Below the pieces are notes generated by a model. That model was not told the DNA's origin. It ran no database searches and saw only the letters and a program-made list of their open reading frames with translations. From Saprolegnia diclina VS20 (lineage: Eukaryota), in NCBI RefSeq assembly GCF_000281045.1, contig NW_008246077.1, positions 509,129-573,128 on the forward strand: a DNA stretch of 64,000 bases. The letters run 5' to 3'. A program made the position numbers and the translations under genes. Of this stretch, positions 23,662-36,107 are shown one piece after another (the stretch's first letter is position 1; every line of letters begins with the position of its first letter).

Positions 23662-24434
23662 NNNNNNNNNNNNNNNNNNNNNNNNNNNNNNNNNNNNNNN
23701 NNNNNNNNNNNNNNNNNNNNNNNNNNNNNNNNNNNNNNNNNNNNNNNNNNNNNNNNNNNNNNNNNNNNNNNNNNNNNNNNNNNNNNNNNNNNNNNNNNNN
23801 NNNNNNNNNNNNNNNNNNNNNNNNNNNNNNNNNNNNNNNNNNNNNNNNNNNNNNNNNNNNNNNNNNNNNNNNNNNNNNNNNNNNNNNNNNNNNNNNNNNN
23901 NNNNNNNNNNNNNNNNNNNNNNNNNNNNNNNNNNNNNNNNNNNNNNNNNNNNNNNNNNNNNNNNNNNNNNNNNNNNNNNNNNNNNNNNNNNNNNNNNNNN
24001 NNNNNNNNNNNNNNNNNNNNNNNNNNNNNNNNNNNNNNNNNNNNNNNNNNNNNNNNNNNNNNNNNNNNNNNNNNNNNNNNNNNNNNNNNNNNNNNNNNNN
24101 NNNNNNNNNNNNNNNNNNNNNNNNNNNNNNNNNNNNNNNNNNNNNNNNNNNNNNNNNNNNNNNNNNNNNNNNNNNNNNNNNNNNNNNNNNNNNNNNNNNN
24201 NNNNNNNNNNNNNNNNNNNNNNNNNNNNNNNNNNNNNNNNNNNNNNNNNNNNNNNNNNNNNNNNNNNNNNNNNNNNNNNNNNNNNNNNNNNNNNNNNNNN
24301 NNNNNNNNNNNNNNNNNNNNNNNNNNNNNNNNNNNNNNNNNNNNNNNNNNNNNNNNNNNNNNNNNNNNNNNNNNNNNNNNNNNNNNNNNNNNNNNNNNNN
24401 NNNNNNNNNNNNNNNNNNNNNNNNNNNNNNNNNN
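23662..24434. other. Assembly gap (773 N)
   Basis: Run of N. Confidence 1.
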
Positions 24435-24677
<243 letters not shown>

Positions 24678-24708
24678 ATGCGCTGCCTTGACTTAGTGTC
24701 TCCAACCT

Positions 24709-24728
24709 GGTGTTTTTCAACACCACCC
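24709..24728 (+). promoter_or_regulatory. Histone mRNA 3' stem-loop of H3
   Basis: GGTGTT-TTTC-AACACC-ACCC starting 32 nt after the H3 stop; canonical 6-bp stem and 4-nt loop geometry. Confidence 0.88.
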
Positions 24729-24794
24729 TACGACTGAGAATTATTTATACCTCAAGCGCAGCATCATCCATCAGATACTTAAACAGCCCCAGCG

Positions 24795-26253
24795 ATGGGA
24801 AACCGCTCCCGCAGCAAGCGGTACGAGATCAACGAGGCCCTTGAGGGTGCTTCGCTACCAAAGATCGGGGCCTACGATGTATCGTTGCCCACCGTCAAAG
24901 ACCCACATGGCTACCTCGCCATGTACCTCGAGGATAAGAATGCCAAGTCCTGTGTGTCGCTGCACGACAAGCCGCCACCCCTGCCTCCGCCCCGCCAGTT
25001 CAAACCCTCTCTCGTCCAAACCCGCAGCTGGATCGACGACGAGGACAAGCATTGGCTCGACCGTAGTCTGAGCGTGATTGATGCCAAAGCGGTGCGTGCA
25101 TGGCCGCTCCATGAGCCATAAGCACGAGCTCAGTATGTAGGTGCGCGCATGCGTGAGCGACCACCAGCGCATCAATAGTGAGCTGGTAGCGCTCCACGCC
25201 AAAGTGGCGGCGGCCCACGAAGCCCTCGCACGGGAGCAGGTACAGCGCAAGGAGCTGCTCGCTGCGATCGCGGGTGCGGAGGCACTCGCTCCGGTGTGCC
25301 ACGACCGCGTACGACGCCAGCTCGTACCGCCTGCGTCACCAGTACTGCGAGTAGAGAGCCACGCACGAGACACAGCTTCGCGTGCTCGAGAACGCGATCG
25401 CGTCGACAGCCGCCGACAGTCGCAAGCAGCGGGCGCAGGTTGCTGCCGCCAAAGTGGCCCTGGAGGCCGTGCAGCAGCGCCTCCACGTACGAGATACATC
25501 TGCCGGCTATCGCAACGCGGAGTTCTGTCGGTAGAGCGGGCGCACGGCTGTGGCTGAGGAAGCCGCCATACGGGACGCGGTCCAGCACGAGCACGCTACA
25601 AGAGAAGCCGTGTCGGCGAGTGTCGCGGCCGCGATGCAGCGCATGGAGGTCGAGGCATTGCGGCGCGACGCCGCCTTGCGCGAGATCCAAACGCAATGCG
25701 ACGACGAAGCCAAGGTGCGGTGGCGCAGCCCTGTCATCAGCGTCGGTGCTCAGCGTGTACTTACCATAGCGGCTGGCGCACCTCAAGCGGGAGGCCAAGG
25801 CGAGCGCGACGCGATGCCAAAGCGTCGCACAGTTCGTGTCGCAGTGCACGCGCGAGTACGCCGAGCGCGGCTTTGCACTTCCTCCGATCGAGCGCTGAAG
25901 ATGAGGAGTTTGCACAAGCCTCCGAGCACAACCGTGCTGCATTCAACGCGGCGCGGCCACAGGCCAACGTAAGCCGCTACGACCCCGCCGCAGGGTGTCG
26001 ACCCGCCTTTAGCAAGGAACGTCGTCGCTACTTGCGTAAAATCAACCAAATGAAACGTTGACACGCTCGACGGTGTGGGCTGTGTCAACGTCGCACCCAA
26101 GGTACGCTGCGGTGGAGACGAGGGTCGTGGCGCCTGTACAACCGATAGAGCAGCTGCAGCTGGTTGCAGCTCCAGGATGTTGCTACCGACACCTCGTGCG
26201 ACGCCACAGGCATGTCCTTGATGACTGCGACGGTCAATGACTGTGGCGGATGA
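24795..26253 (+). CDS. Uncharacterised coiled-coil protein, multi-exon (3' end approximate)
   Basis: Coding-like exons MGNRSRSKRYEINEALEG..., INSELVALHAKVAAAHEALAREQ, AEEAAIRDAVQHEHATRE separated by short GT-AG introns. Confidence 0.6.
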
Positions 26254-26426
26254 ACACAACTCGGAACAACAAGGCGATGGTCAGCCGTTGCTCATTTGAC
26301 ACGAGATCCCAATAGCTCGAGCCCAGAGCGCCAGCAGTCCGTAGTTCTAGCGCTGTTTTTTTGGTTTCTCTAGTCGGTGGACGCAACAAGACGCACGCCA
26401 CATCACGTGTACATTGTCGATTCGTG

Positions 26427-28782
26427 TCACGACGCGCCTGGGTTTGTGTGCATGGCGTTCGAGAGCATCGAGAGGCTCGTCTGGATGGCCATGGTGATGG
26501 CATAAAAATCATCGCGGTCCCGCAAGGAGCTGTCGAGGTGGCCGATGCGGTCGAGGGCCGCCAGCGCGACTTGCGTGTGCTTGATGGCGTGGACGACCGA
26601 CCGGTTCTCAGTCCGCTACGCAACGCGTGACGACACGTGAGACTCGGCTAAAGGTTGTACCATGCTCGCAGCGTCTGCGTTGAAGAGGTGCGCGCGAAAC
26701 CACTCGCACTCTTGGGCGGCGCTCCAGTTGTACGTCGGTCGGTTGCGCTTGTAGCGCAGCTCGTCGAGGAGGTACTCCATCTTGCGCGCAATCGCAAGCA
26801 GAATGGACGCCCGGCGAATCCGCGCCTTCTTGAACGGAAACGTGCCCGTCTCCAGGACCGCATTCAAGTCGTCTCGGCGCAGTGCGAGCGTGTCGACGTA
26901 CGTCAACGTCCGCACCTCGTAGTGCCGGACGCCATGGTTGAGTACAAAGTCTTCGCCGACAAAATGGCCTTTCCCAAAGAGCCGTCCGAGTCGGGCGACG
27001 AGCCTACACCAGTCGACCCATATACCACCAACGGTCGTCGAACGACATACCCGCGGGAAATGATGTACAAGACGTCGGTCGCGTCGCCCATGTGGATCAT
27101 GACCTCGTTGGGCGGGTACAGCATCGGCTCCAAGCGCTGCGTGATAGCAGTCACAAACCGAATGTGCTGGGACGTCGGGCCGCCGACAAAGAACGGGATC
27201 CGGTGGATCCATTCGCCCGACGTGTACACTTCAATCTCGCCGCGGAGGCCGGGCGAGAGCGTGTCGAGCGCGTGCGCAAAGTACTTGTGGTGCATTTGGT
27301 CGCGCATATGCAAGAAGTATTCTCGAAACATGATCTTCATCTCTTGCGGTAAGTCTTCTTTGGCCATGTACATGTTGAGATGGTCCTAAACACGAGAGGT
27401 TCGCCTTGCATTTTGGCGCCAAAAACCCGACCATTTTCTGGTTGAACTCGGTTGTGGCTTCGCTCAGACCCGAGACCAGACCACAAATGGAGCCAATGAC
27501 TAGACATATATACACATCAGGTTGTCAACGCTCACACGATCGAGGACGCACTGAACGAGTAGCTGCCGCAGCCAATGATCATGCAGAGGATCGCAATCAT
27601 GCGCTCGACCGAGGTGACGACCGACACGTCACCGTACCCGATCGTCCCGATCGTCATGACGGACCAATAGAGAGAGGCAATGTACTGCGTCGGGGGGGCG
27701 CTGCCGTTGATGCCGTACGCGACGGTCCAATCTTGAAGATTCCCAAACGCGTCGAGGTTGTGCTGAAACTGAGGCGTCGTGCCCCATACGCACGCGAGCC
27801 AGTGGGCGAGAACGAGGATGCCAAAGGTAAACGAAATGAGCTTGGAGAGTGCGATGGGAAAGTCGAGGCGCGCTTGCCAGCGCGCGACGATGCGGTTGGC
27901 GCGGAAGACGCGCATGAGCTTCATGATGCGAAGGATGCGAAGGATGCGCAGCACAACGAGGCGGTTCGAGGGCGCGGCCGTCGACGGTGCATCGGGATCA
28001 GTACTGCTCTTGTCGCTCGACGAGAGCGTCTCGAACGGGAAAATGGACGCAAAATCGATAAGGAACCAGCCTACGCACCGCTCCGTATCGACAGATCTCT
28101 CCATCGACGCGCGTACCTCGCAAGTAGTGCTGGGCCACGAGACCGTACTCGTCGATCACTGCGTTCGTCTCCTTGTCGACGTACGGCGTGGCAAAGTTGA
28201 AGAGCATGTCGAGGCAAAAGAAAACGTCGACGATATTGTTGAGCACCGAGAGCGCAGTCACGGACGTCTCGGTCACAAATGCAATCTCGTACGGCTATAC
28301 AGACAATACCATTCACTGATAGAACGAGCAATAGATATAGTTGGCGTACGACGAGGAGCGCCGTGTAGAAGAGGAGAACGAGCATTAGAATGTCCCAGCG
28401 CCACCGAAACGGCGCCGTCGACTCCAAATACCGGTGAATGTGCCACCAGCGGGGCATCGCGTGGAGCTTCTTGAGCGTGCGACTGCGGTGCGACGCGCTT
28501 GGTAGCAAGTGCTTCTTGCCTTTTTGCCGAAGCTGCATCGCCGTCGCATCACCCGACGCGCGGCGCGTCACGTCCGATGCAAACACCTCGCGCATCGACA
28601 CCTGCGTCGAGCGCCGCTTGTGCATTTCGTGGAGTGTCGGCGGCGCCTCCATGTTTTGCTTTTGCATCTATTGAGCGGCAGCATGAGCGCGCGGTGAGCT
28701 GACCATTCGCAACCTCGGCCTGGAGCGCGACAAAGCTCGTCAGCCGCACGTCGGCTTGGGACGTGAGCCCGGCCAGCTTCAT
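26427..28782 (-). CDS. Cyclic-nucleotide-binding-domain voltage-gated cation channel (HCN/EAG/CNG superfamily), paralogue 1
   Basis: S4 LRILRILRIMKLMRVFR, pore SLYWSVMTIGTIGYGDV, C-linker LSPGLRGEI, CNBD FVGEDFVLNHGVRHYEVRTLTYVD; start uncertain (28667 or 28782). Confidence 0.9.
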
Positions 28783-29105
28783 CGAAATGCGGTGCCGCTA
28801 GTTTAGAGCACGTGACATAAGAACCGCCGCTGCGATCGGAGTGTACGTGGACAGGGCGCACGGCGTCGTCGTGGTGCCGGCCGCCCGACAGCTGCATTTG
28901 GCCGAGTCGATGCAAGTCGTTTCGTCGAGACCGGAATTCGTTTCAAGACACAAGTTGAAAAGACTCCACTCCAATGTATATACGTCATGGCAGAGCCTTT
29001 GACGCCGGCGCTGGTAAATGCAACATGAGCCGTCGTACTTGGTGAATCGACTACTGTATGGCATTACATCTATGGTGCGACGTGGTCCGAGAGGTGAGCG
29101 GGAGC

Positions 29106-30249
29106 TCACGGCGGCGGGTAGATGGACCAAAGCGCGATTTTCGCGTCCTTGCCGCTCGACGCCAACAGCTTGTTGTCGGCTGCAAATGCGACGCAGTAGA
29201 CGCTCTCGGTGTGGAATTTGAGCGTTGCGAGCCGCCGACACGTCCGATTGTGGAAGATGCGGACCCTAGTACGATGACATATTGTCCATTTCTAAACAGA
29301 CAAAGCGTCGACGATACATGTGGTCGCGTCCACCGGATGCAAAGATGCGGGCATCCTGGCGGCTCGCGAGCGCGTTGATGCCCTCCGACTTGGCCTTGTA
29401 CACGACGCTGGCCTCGGTCGTCGCCCAGTCGAGGCGGTGCACGTCATGCGACGGACTTCCGAGGAGCGTCCCGAACGGCGTCGAGGCCATGCACACCACT
29501 AGACACGATGCATGCTATCACCGCACTCAACCAAAGAAAGCGTGTACGCGGCGACTCGGCGACCTTGTGGTGGGCGATCGGCGTGGCTGGCGCGCGTACA
29601 TCGAAGCGTGCGACGAGTCCGCCTTCAAAGCTCGCGCAGGGATCGCCTTCGGTAGCTGTCGTGGAGGGCAGGACATCGAGTGCCATGCACATGCCTGGCA
29701 TGGCAGCGTAGAATAGGCGCCGACATCAAGCACAGACTCGTACCCGACTGGAGCGCGGCGCCGTTGAAGCGCAATGCGGGTGCTTGATTGTCGGCGCGCA
29801 AGTCAAAGATGCCCAGCTAACATCGTTCATTACATCATGAGCACGTTGCATCGCCGTCTGTGGACGCGTACCGCTTGCGCGTCTTCGAGCGGCGACAGGA
29901 TCGAGTGCGCGCCGAGGGCCTTGGCCTTGGTAAACGTATACGAACCGCACGCTAGCCGCTGGCGCGCGTGTACACCGCCGTTGGCAACGTCCCAGAGTAT
30001 GAGAAAGCCGTCGCGGCCGTGGCTGAGGACGGCATCGCCCTGCATGCCCACGCATAAGATACCGGCCTTGGAGTGCGCCGAGATGGACGCAGCGGGTCGC
30101 CGGATCGAGAGATCCCAGAGCTTGAGGTTGCCGTCAGCAGCGCCGGATGCGAGGTACGTGGCGCCGCCCTGCTCAAGAAAGGCCACGCTGTTGACTGCGG
30201 CGGCGTGGCCTCGAAGGACGCCGATGGGGCTTGGCGATGGTGGTGCCAT
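29106..30249 (-). CDS. GNB1L: WD40 protein GNB1L/ASA1-like, multi-exon
   Basis: MAPPSPSPIGVLRGHAAAVNSVAF, LSHGRDG, GMCMAL, GINALASRQDARIFASGG, LATLKFHTESVYCVAF, ASSGKDAKIALWSIYPPP*. Confidence 0.8.
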
Positions 30250-30335
30250 GCTTGCTGGAAATGATGAGCGCCGGATACCACGGCCTTTCCATCCGGAAGC
30301 GGTTCCACAGCAACGACGTTTCATCGGTCGGCGCG
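30250..30335. promoter_or_regulatory. Short bidirectional promoter between GNB1L (-) and channel paralogue 2 (+)
   Basis: Divergent candidate ATGs 86 bp apart; TCATTTCC initiator-like motif on the minus strand just upstream of the GNB1L ATG. Confidence 0.45.
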
Positions 30336-32720
30336 ATGGCCGACATGAGCACGAGCCCGGCGACGTTGGCGAACGAGCGCCCGCCCGCGCGGTCCTTCCA
30401 CCTGCCGCGACTGCCGGTACGTCCATGTCATGCGGCTCGATGTCATGGCTCATGCCATGCAACTAGTCCAAGACCGGGCGATTGGGCAGCGGCAAGGTTG
30501 GCGGCCAGCGACTCCTTGCGCTCACGCGTCTGCCTCTAGAGCTCGCTGGCGCATGACGTCTCTGCGCCCATTCCAGAATGCGACACATTGCAGGTGCGCC
30601 AAGCTGTTGACGGCGACGAGGCTCAGTCTATCGCTTGCATACTAGGACGGTACCGTGGCCAAATCGTCGGCGCGCAGCCATGGGAAGAGCCATCACGGGC
30701 TCTCGGGCAAGATCGTGCCACTGCGCGACCGGCTCGTGCGCCGCTCGTTCAACTCGATCGACGACGAAGGGCAGATGGTCATGCGCAAGAACAAGGAGTT
30801 TCTCAAGAGCAAAAAAGTGTACCAGCTCAACCAGCTCGACCGCTTCCATCGGCGCAAGGCCCACTTGCATCCAAACTCGAGCTTTCGCGCTGGCTGGGAC
30901 ATTTACATGATCTTTCTCCTCATGTGGACTTCGCTTGTCGTGGTAGAACCAATCTTATTCTTATTCCCTTGTGTGCACTTTTGTCGGTAGCCGTACCAAA
31001 TTGCCTTTGTGACGACGGACGCCATCAACACGCTCTTCGTCCTCGACCGCATCGTCGATATCTCATTCTTCACCGACATGATCTTCAACTTTATGACACC
31101 GTACGTCGATAAGGAGACCAACCAGCTTGTCGAGGACCCGCCAATGATCATCTCACACTACCTGCGCGGTGCGTCATCAAATCATTCCGAGTCTGCAATA
31201 TGTACATCTATTGTCCTCGGACTAGGATGGTTTGTCGCCGATTTCATCTCGATTCTACCGTTTGACTTTGCGGGCGCGGTGCGCTTCTTAAGCTTTAGCG
31301 CCTCCATAACGCCTTGGAGCTAGGTATTTGGTACGGACAACAGCGCCTCCAACTTCAAGACGCTCAAGATCATTCGCATCATTCGGCTCTTCCGCCTCGT
31401 CAAACTCGCACGCGTCTTTCGCGCGTCGCGCATCTACTCGCGCTGGGAAGCCATTCTCGGGTCCATGATTCGCAAGCCAACAAACCACCTGATAGATGCA
31501 CTAGGTTCAAGTACACCAGCGTCAAGCTCGCCAAGTTTCTCAGCAGCGTGCTCATGCTTGCGCACTGGCTCGCGTGTCTTTGGGGGCTCACGCCGCAGCT
31601 CGAGGCGGTCGCGGACGGCGCTGAGAACTGGCAGTCGGCGTACCACATTGCGACGGCGGACGAGTCGACCAAGTACATTGTGTCGCTCTACTGGTCGGTC
31701 ATGACGATCGGTACGGTCGGGTACGGCGACGTGCAGCCAAAGACGGACTTTGAGCGCGTCGTGTGCATCATGTGCATGCTCGCGGGCGGCGGCACGTATG
31801 CCTACAGTACGTCCTCGATTCGAGTCGAGTATGGACAACATTTGTCCACTTTAGTCATTGGTGCCGTGTGCGGTCTCGTGGCCGCGATGGACGAGTCTGA
31901 GACCGAGTTCAACCAGCAAATGGACCACCTCAACGTCTACATGAAGAAGGAGAAGGTGCCGCAAGCCATGAAGATCAAGCTCCGCGAGTACTTCTTACAC
32001 AGCCGCGATCTGCTCCAGCACAAGTACTTTAGCCACGTGATCGCGACGCTCTCGCCGGGACTCCGCGGGCTCATTTCGGTCTACACCAACGGCGAGTGGA
32101 CCAACAATGTCCACTTCTTCAACGGCGGCCCGTACGACGAACACGTCCGGTTCGTCACGGCCATTACGCAAAAGCTGCGCGCCGAGCTCTTCCCGCCCAA
32201 TGAAAACATCATCCACCACGGCGACCCGACCGACAAGATGTACATTGTCTCCAAAGGCATCGTCGCGCGCCTCGGTCGGGTGCTCGGGAAAGGCCGCTTC
32301 TTTGGCGAAGACGTCATCTTGTGCCACGGCGTGCGCAACTACATTGTTCGGACGCTCACGTACGTCGACGCGCACTCGCTCTCGCGCGACGACCTCGAAG
32401 CCGTGCTCGCCAACGGCCTCTTTCCGTTCAAAGCCAAGAAGATCCGAGTCGCCGCGGCGTTCCTCGCGCTGCGCCGGCTCATGCAGAGCATGCTCCACGA
32501 GCTCCGCGAAGTGCGGCGCACGCGCTTGATTCCGCGCGACGCCGAGCACGCGTGGATGCGCCGCAACCTCCTCGGCGACCCAGACGAGCTCGACGACGAG
32601 GTGCGGCGCCACTTGCAAGTCGCGATCGACCAGCTCCGCCGCGCGATGCGGCACTGCACCGACGTGATCGACGAAGGCCGCAAAGCCGCGGCATCCAATG
32701 CGTACATTGCCTTTTCTTGA
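30336..32720 (+). CDS. Cyclic-nucleotide-binding-domain voltage-gated cation channel, paralogue 2
   Basis: LHPNSSFRAGWD, S4 LKIIRIIRLFRLVKLARVFR, pore SLYWSVMTIGTVGYGDV, LSPGLRGLI, CNBD FFGEDVILCHGVRNYIVRTLTYVD; start approximate. Confidence 0.9.
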
Positions 32721-32951
32721 TATCTTGATACATTTGGCAGTGATGGCATGGTTATAGACCACTGGTCGCGGCGCACAACCGCGGCATTTCCATCGAGACG
32801 GCCCAGCATCTGCTTGGGAACGCGACGCGCCTTCTCGACGCGCTGCTGGCGGCCAAGTCGACGCCGCCAAACCCAACACACGTCTAGCGTGCACATACTG
32901 TCGTGCGGTTTCGTACCAATATATATATGTATATATATTTATTGAAGTCGG

Positions 32952-35651
32952 CTACGAACTGCGGGCCCGACGCAAGAGGCTGTCTATGTCGGTGGGAGCA
33001 AACGACCCTTTCGTAGCTTCTTCGGCAAACACAACGTCGGCTTCAAAGTAAATCGAGAGCGACCCGAGACAGTAGACGGGCTTGCCACTGACGCGATGGT
33101 TGCGCGGGTGTGGTACAAAGTCGATGCCAGCGTCCAGCGCCACCGACTCGAGCACATCGCGAATGTGCAGCACGTCTTGGGCGACCGGCGCTTTGTGCTG
33201 CGTTTGGCCGGCTGGCTGCTGCTTGCCGCCGAGGACGAGCGCCTTGTCGTACGTCGTCGCGAGCACGTCCAGCGACGGCAGCGTGCCACGCTCAACGCAT
33301 TTCAGCAGCTGGAGACCCATGCAAAACTGGAGGCGGATCCGGTGGAGCTGCCAGAGCGGAGCAAAGAGCGTTTTCCAGCCGTGGAACCAGACGACCATCT
33401 CCGACACCATGGTCTTGCGGTCCTCGACTGTCGCGGCCCGCGCCTTCTCGACCCACCGCCGGAGTGCGTGCAGCCACTTGGAGAACACTTCGCCTTCGAG
33501 GAGAGCCACAAGCTGTCGGTCCGGAAGGAGGCCGTGCCATTGAAACGTCCACTGCAAAGGCGCGACGTCGTAGGTCGCGCCGGGCTCGACCGAGAGCTCT
33601 CGATTCAAGCACCGGAGCAGCTTGCGCGCAATCGTCTTGTGTGTGAAGATCGCAAAGTCTTCGGGCGTCCACACCTCCTTCCACGGCGAGAGCACGGTAA
33701 AGATGGACGCGTCGCGCGGGTGCCACTGCGCGAGCGCGCGGCTGAGCGTCTCTCGAATGAGCGGGAACAGCGGCTTGTCAAAGTCATCCTTGAGAAAGCG
33801 CGTGGACCACGGAAGAAGCCACTCGTGGAGATGGACCGGGTCGGTCTGGGGGTCCCACGACCGCACCGCGTGCTGCAGTTTGGGCAAAATACCGGCGACA
33901 AGCAAATGCGAGATACTCCGTGGATGCGCAAATGTATCGAGAAACGCAAAGAGCCGCAGGCACGGGCGACGCACGTCCCAGCGATGCAGCGCCGACGTCA
34001 CATGCGGCACAAGGACGACCTCGCACACGTGCTGGTACAGCTTGTCGTGGCGCGTGTCGAGACTCGTCGCAAAGAGCCCGGCGTCTTGGGCCGTCGGCGT
34101 CGCCACGCAGGTCGTCAAGCAGTCCCGCACCCACGAGAAGCAACTCTGAAAGGCAAGCGCGCCGTCGTCCACGTCTTCGAGCGGATCCCACGTCAGAAGG
34201 AGCGACTTGAGAAGGGGCAGCCCGAGCGACGGCAAGACGTCGATGATGTGCTGCGACTCAAACTCGACCGGGTACTGCTGCCGGAGCCCCACAAGCGTGT
34301 CGGTAATGCGCTCGAGGCCATTTGGAGCGGACGCGCCGGCGATTTCCGCGTGCAAATTCTGCAGTGCCCGGTGAATCGCTGCCAAATTGGCTTGGGCGTC
34401 GGCGTCGGCGTCGTGCTTCTCAGACGTGGCCGACGCTGCGTGTTGAAGTACGGCAAGCCGCGACCGTTCGATGGTCATGCGCTGCCGACCGACTCGAATG
34501 GCGCCTTCGGCTTCGTTGACGATCGTTCGGAGGTTGTAGAGAAGCTCTTGGCCGAGCACGGGGGCCGCAAAGAGCGACTGCTTCTGCAGCTCCGAGAGCC
34601 CATTCTCGTACGTCATGACATCGGGACCGCGCATGTCGATGATCGTAGTCTTGGCCACGGGCGCATTGTCCTCGTCGTCCTCGAGGAACAGGTCCTTGGC
34701 CGATTTTCGCTTGCGCTTCTTCGGTGCGCCGAGCCGCTTGCGCCACGCGCCGTCGTCGGTTCCAAAGACCTGCTGCTTGCGCGCAACCTCTTCTTCGTCT
34801 TCGATCGTCTTGCCGTGCAGCTCGCGCTCGACCTGCTTGTTTTGCGCGAGCGACGACGCCTCTTTAAAGCCCGATGCGCCGAGACCGAGCTGGTTCGGGC
34901 GCGCTTTGACGGCGATCGGCACCGCAATACCTTGCTCGTCCTTACCCAGACGCCCTTTGAACCCCATCTTGGCCAGCATCTTCATACCAAACCCCTTGGT
35001 GTGTTTCTCCCACTTGCCCATGCTCGCCATGTTGGGTGGCGGCAGCTTGGGCTCTGGGACATGCTCTGGGACCGACAACGGCGCTGGGGCAGATGGCTCG
35101 ATAGTGGCATGAACGGGAGAGGCCGCAGTGGCTTCCACAGTCTCGACGGAGGCGGTACGGAACATGGCCGCAAAGTCCGTGTTGGAAAAGCCCGATCGCT
35201 CGGTCGGCGCGTCCTTGGGCTCTTCGTCGTCCAATGGTGTAGCGTTGCTTTGCACGTTTGTGTGGCGACTCTCGGTGGCATCGGTCTCGTCGGGCCGCGA
35301 CGCTGATGTGAACAGGGCCGCGAACGCTGCGTTCGAGAGACCACTGCGCGGCGCTGCTGCGGGCTCGTCCGTCGCTCGGGTAAAGCCCAGCCCCCGCGGC
35401 ACTTCGTTTTCTTCATCGGGAGCGTCAGTCGTGTTGTCGGACGAGTCCTGTACTGAAGCGGGAGTGAACATCGCTGCAAAGCTTGTTGTGGAGTACCCGG
35501 GCGCTGGCTCGGTCGCGTCGGCCGCTGCTACGAAGCCAAGGCCTCCGCGCGACGGCTTTTGCGTTCCATCGTCGTCGCCCGGCGCTCGCTTGCGCCTCGG
35601 TCCGCGAAGCATCGCGGCCACGTCGGCGTTCGAGCGTCCATTGCCGGCCAT
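32952..35651 (-). CDS. TFIP11: Tuftelin-interacting protein 11 (Ntr1/Spp382; G-patch plus GCFC domain), single exon
   Basis: WEKHTKGFGMKMLAKMGFKGRLGKDEQGIAVPI, IIDMRGP, ELLYNLR, WDPL, WDPQTDPVHLHEWLLPW, WHPRDAS..LSPWKEVW, WFHGWK. Confidence 0.95.
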   Translation of the reverse strand: MAGNGRSNADVAAMLRGPRRKRAPGDDDGTQKPSRGGLGFVAAADATEPAPGYSTTSFAAMFTPASVQDSSDNTTDAPDEENEVPRGLGFTRATDEPAAAPRSGLSNAAFAALFTSASRPDETDATESRHTNVQSNATPLDDEEPKDAPTERSGFSNTDFAAMFRTASVETVEATAASPVHATIEPSAPAPLSVPEHVPEPKLPPPNMASMGKWEKHTKGFGMKMLAKMGFKGRLGKDEQGIAVPIAVKARPNQLGLGASGFKEASSLAQNKQVERELHGKTIEDEEEVARKQQVFGTDDGAWRKRLGAPKKRKRKSAKDLFLEDDEDNAPVAKTTIIDMRGPDVMTYENGLSELQKQSLFAAPVLGQELLYNLRTIVNEAEGAIRVGRQRMTIERSRLAVLQHAASATSEKHDADADAQANLAAIHRALQNLHAEIAGASAPNGLERITDTLVGLRQQYPVEFESQHIIDVLPSLGLPLLKSLLLTWDPLEDVDDGALAFQSCFSWVRDCLTTCVATPTAQDAGLFATSLDTRHDKLYQHVCEVVLVPHVTSALHRWDVRRPCLRLFAFLDTFAHPRSISHLLVAGILPKLQHAVRSWDPQTDPVHLHEWLLPWSTRFLKDDFDKPLFPLIRETLSRALAQWHPRDASIFTVLSPWKEVWTPEDFAIFTHKTIARKLLRCLNRELSVEPGATYDVAPLQWTFQWHGLLPDRQLVALLEGEVFSKWLHALRRWVEKARAATVEDRKTMVSEMVVWFHGWKTLFAPLWQLHRIRLQFCMGLQLLKCVERGTLPSLDVLATTYDKALVLGGKQQPAGQTQHKAPVAQDVLHIRDVLESVALDAGIDFVPHPRNHRVSGKPVYCLGSLSIYFEADVVFAEEATKGSFAPTDIDSLLRRARSS

Positions 35652-36107
35652 CGTCGCTTCGGCCCTCACACAAAAAACGTGGCTTTTTGTATTTCTCACC
35701 CGATGTGGGATTTTCAAAATAGTGTGGTTAGTATATAGTGTAGCAGTGTCCACCCTTTATTTTATTGGTACCAGCATGGAGTCGCCGATGGGAAGCAAGC
35801 TCCCTCATACAACAATCACGATAGGTAGGCAATACTTGAGCGGCGCCCTGTCAGTAGTTCCATGCTTATTCACTCGACGTCATTTCACTCGACACGCGAG
35901 ATCGGACGCTGAATAGTGTGCGGGGTACACGCATTCTCATTGTACACTATTTAGAGAAAGATCAAGGCGGTGTCGGGTCACAGTATTTCCATCTTTTGCT
36001 CTCGATACAAGAACGATATGTTCTTGTAAAGAGGATTAAATTTGTATTTTGGGATTGGTTGGTTTGGTCCTGCTGGTCATTTCACCAACCAAAGCCAAGT
36101 GACAACG

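Noticed and set aside
26427..32720. Direct orthologues of plant CNGC15 calcium channels
   Set aside because: The pore carries a K+-type TIGYGD/TVGYGD filter, unlike plant CNGCs; any link to the CASTOR/POLLUX system is analogy only.
32919..32938. Short (AT)n tract
   Set aside because: Ordinary microsatellite between convergent 3' ends.
33096..35306. 736-aa plus-strand ORF
   Set aside because: Antisense shadow of TFIP11 caused by GC-rich codon usage; no recognisable motifs. The same applies to 2570-3643, 48963-50384, 54216-55634 and 21764-22846.
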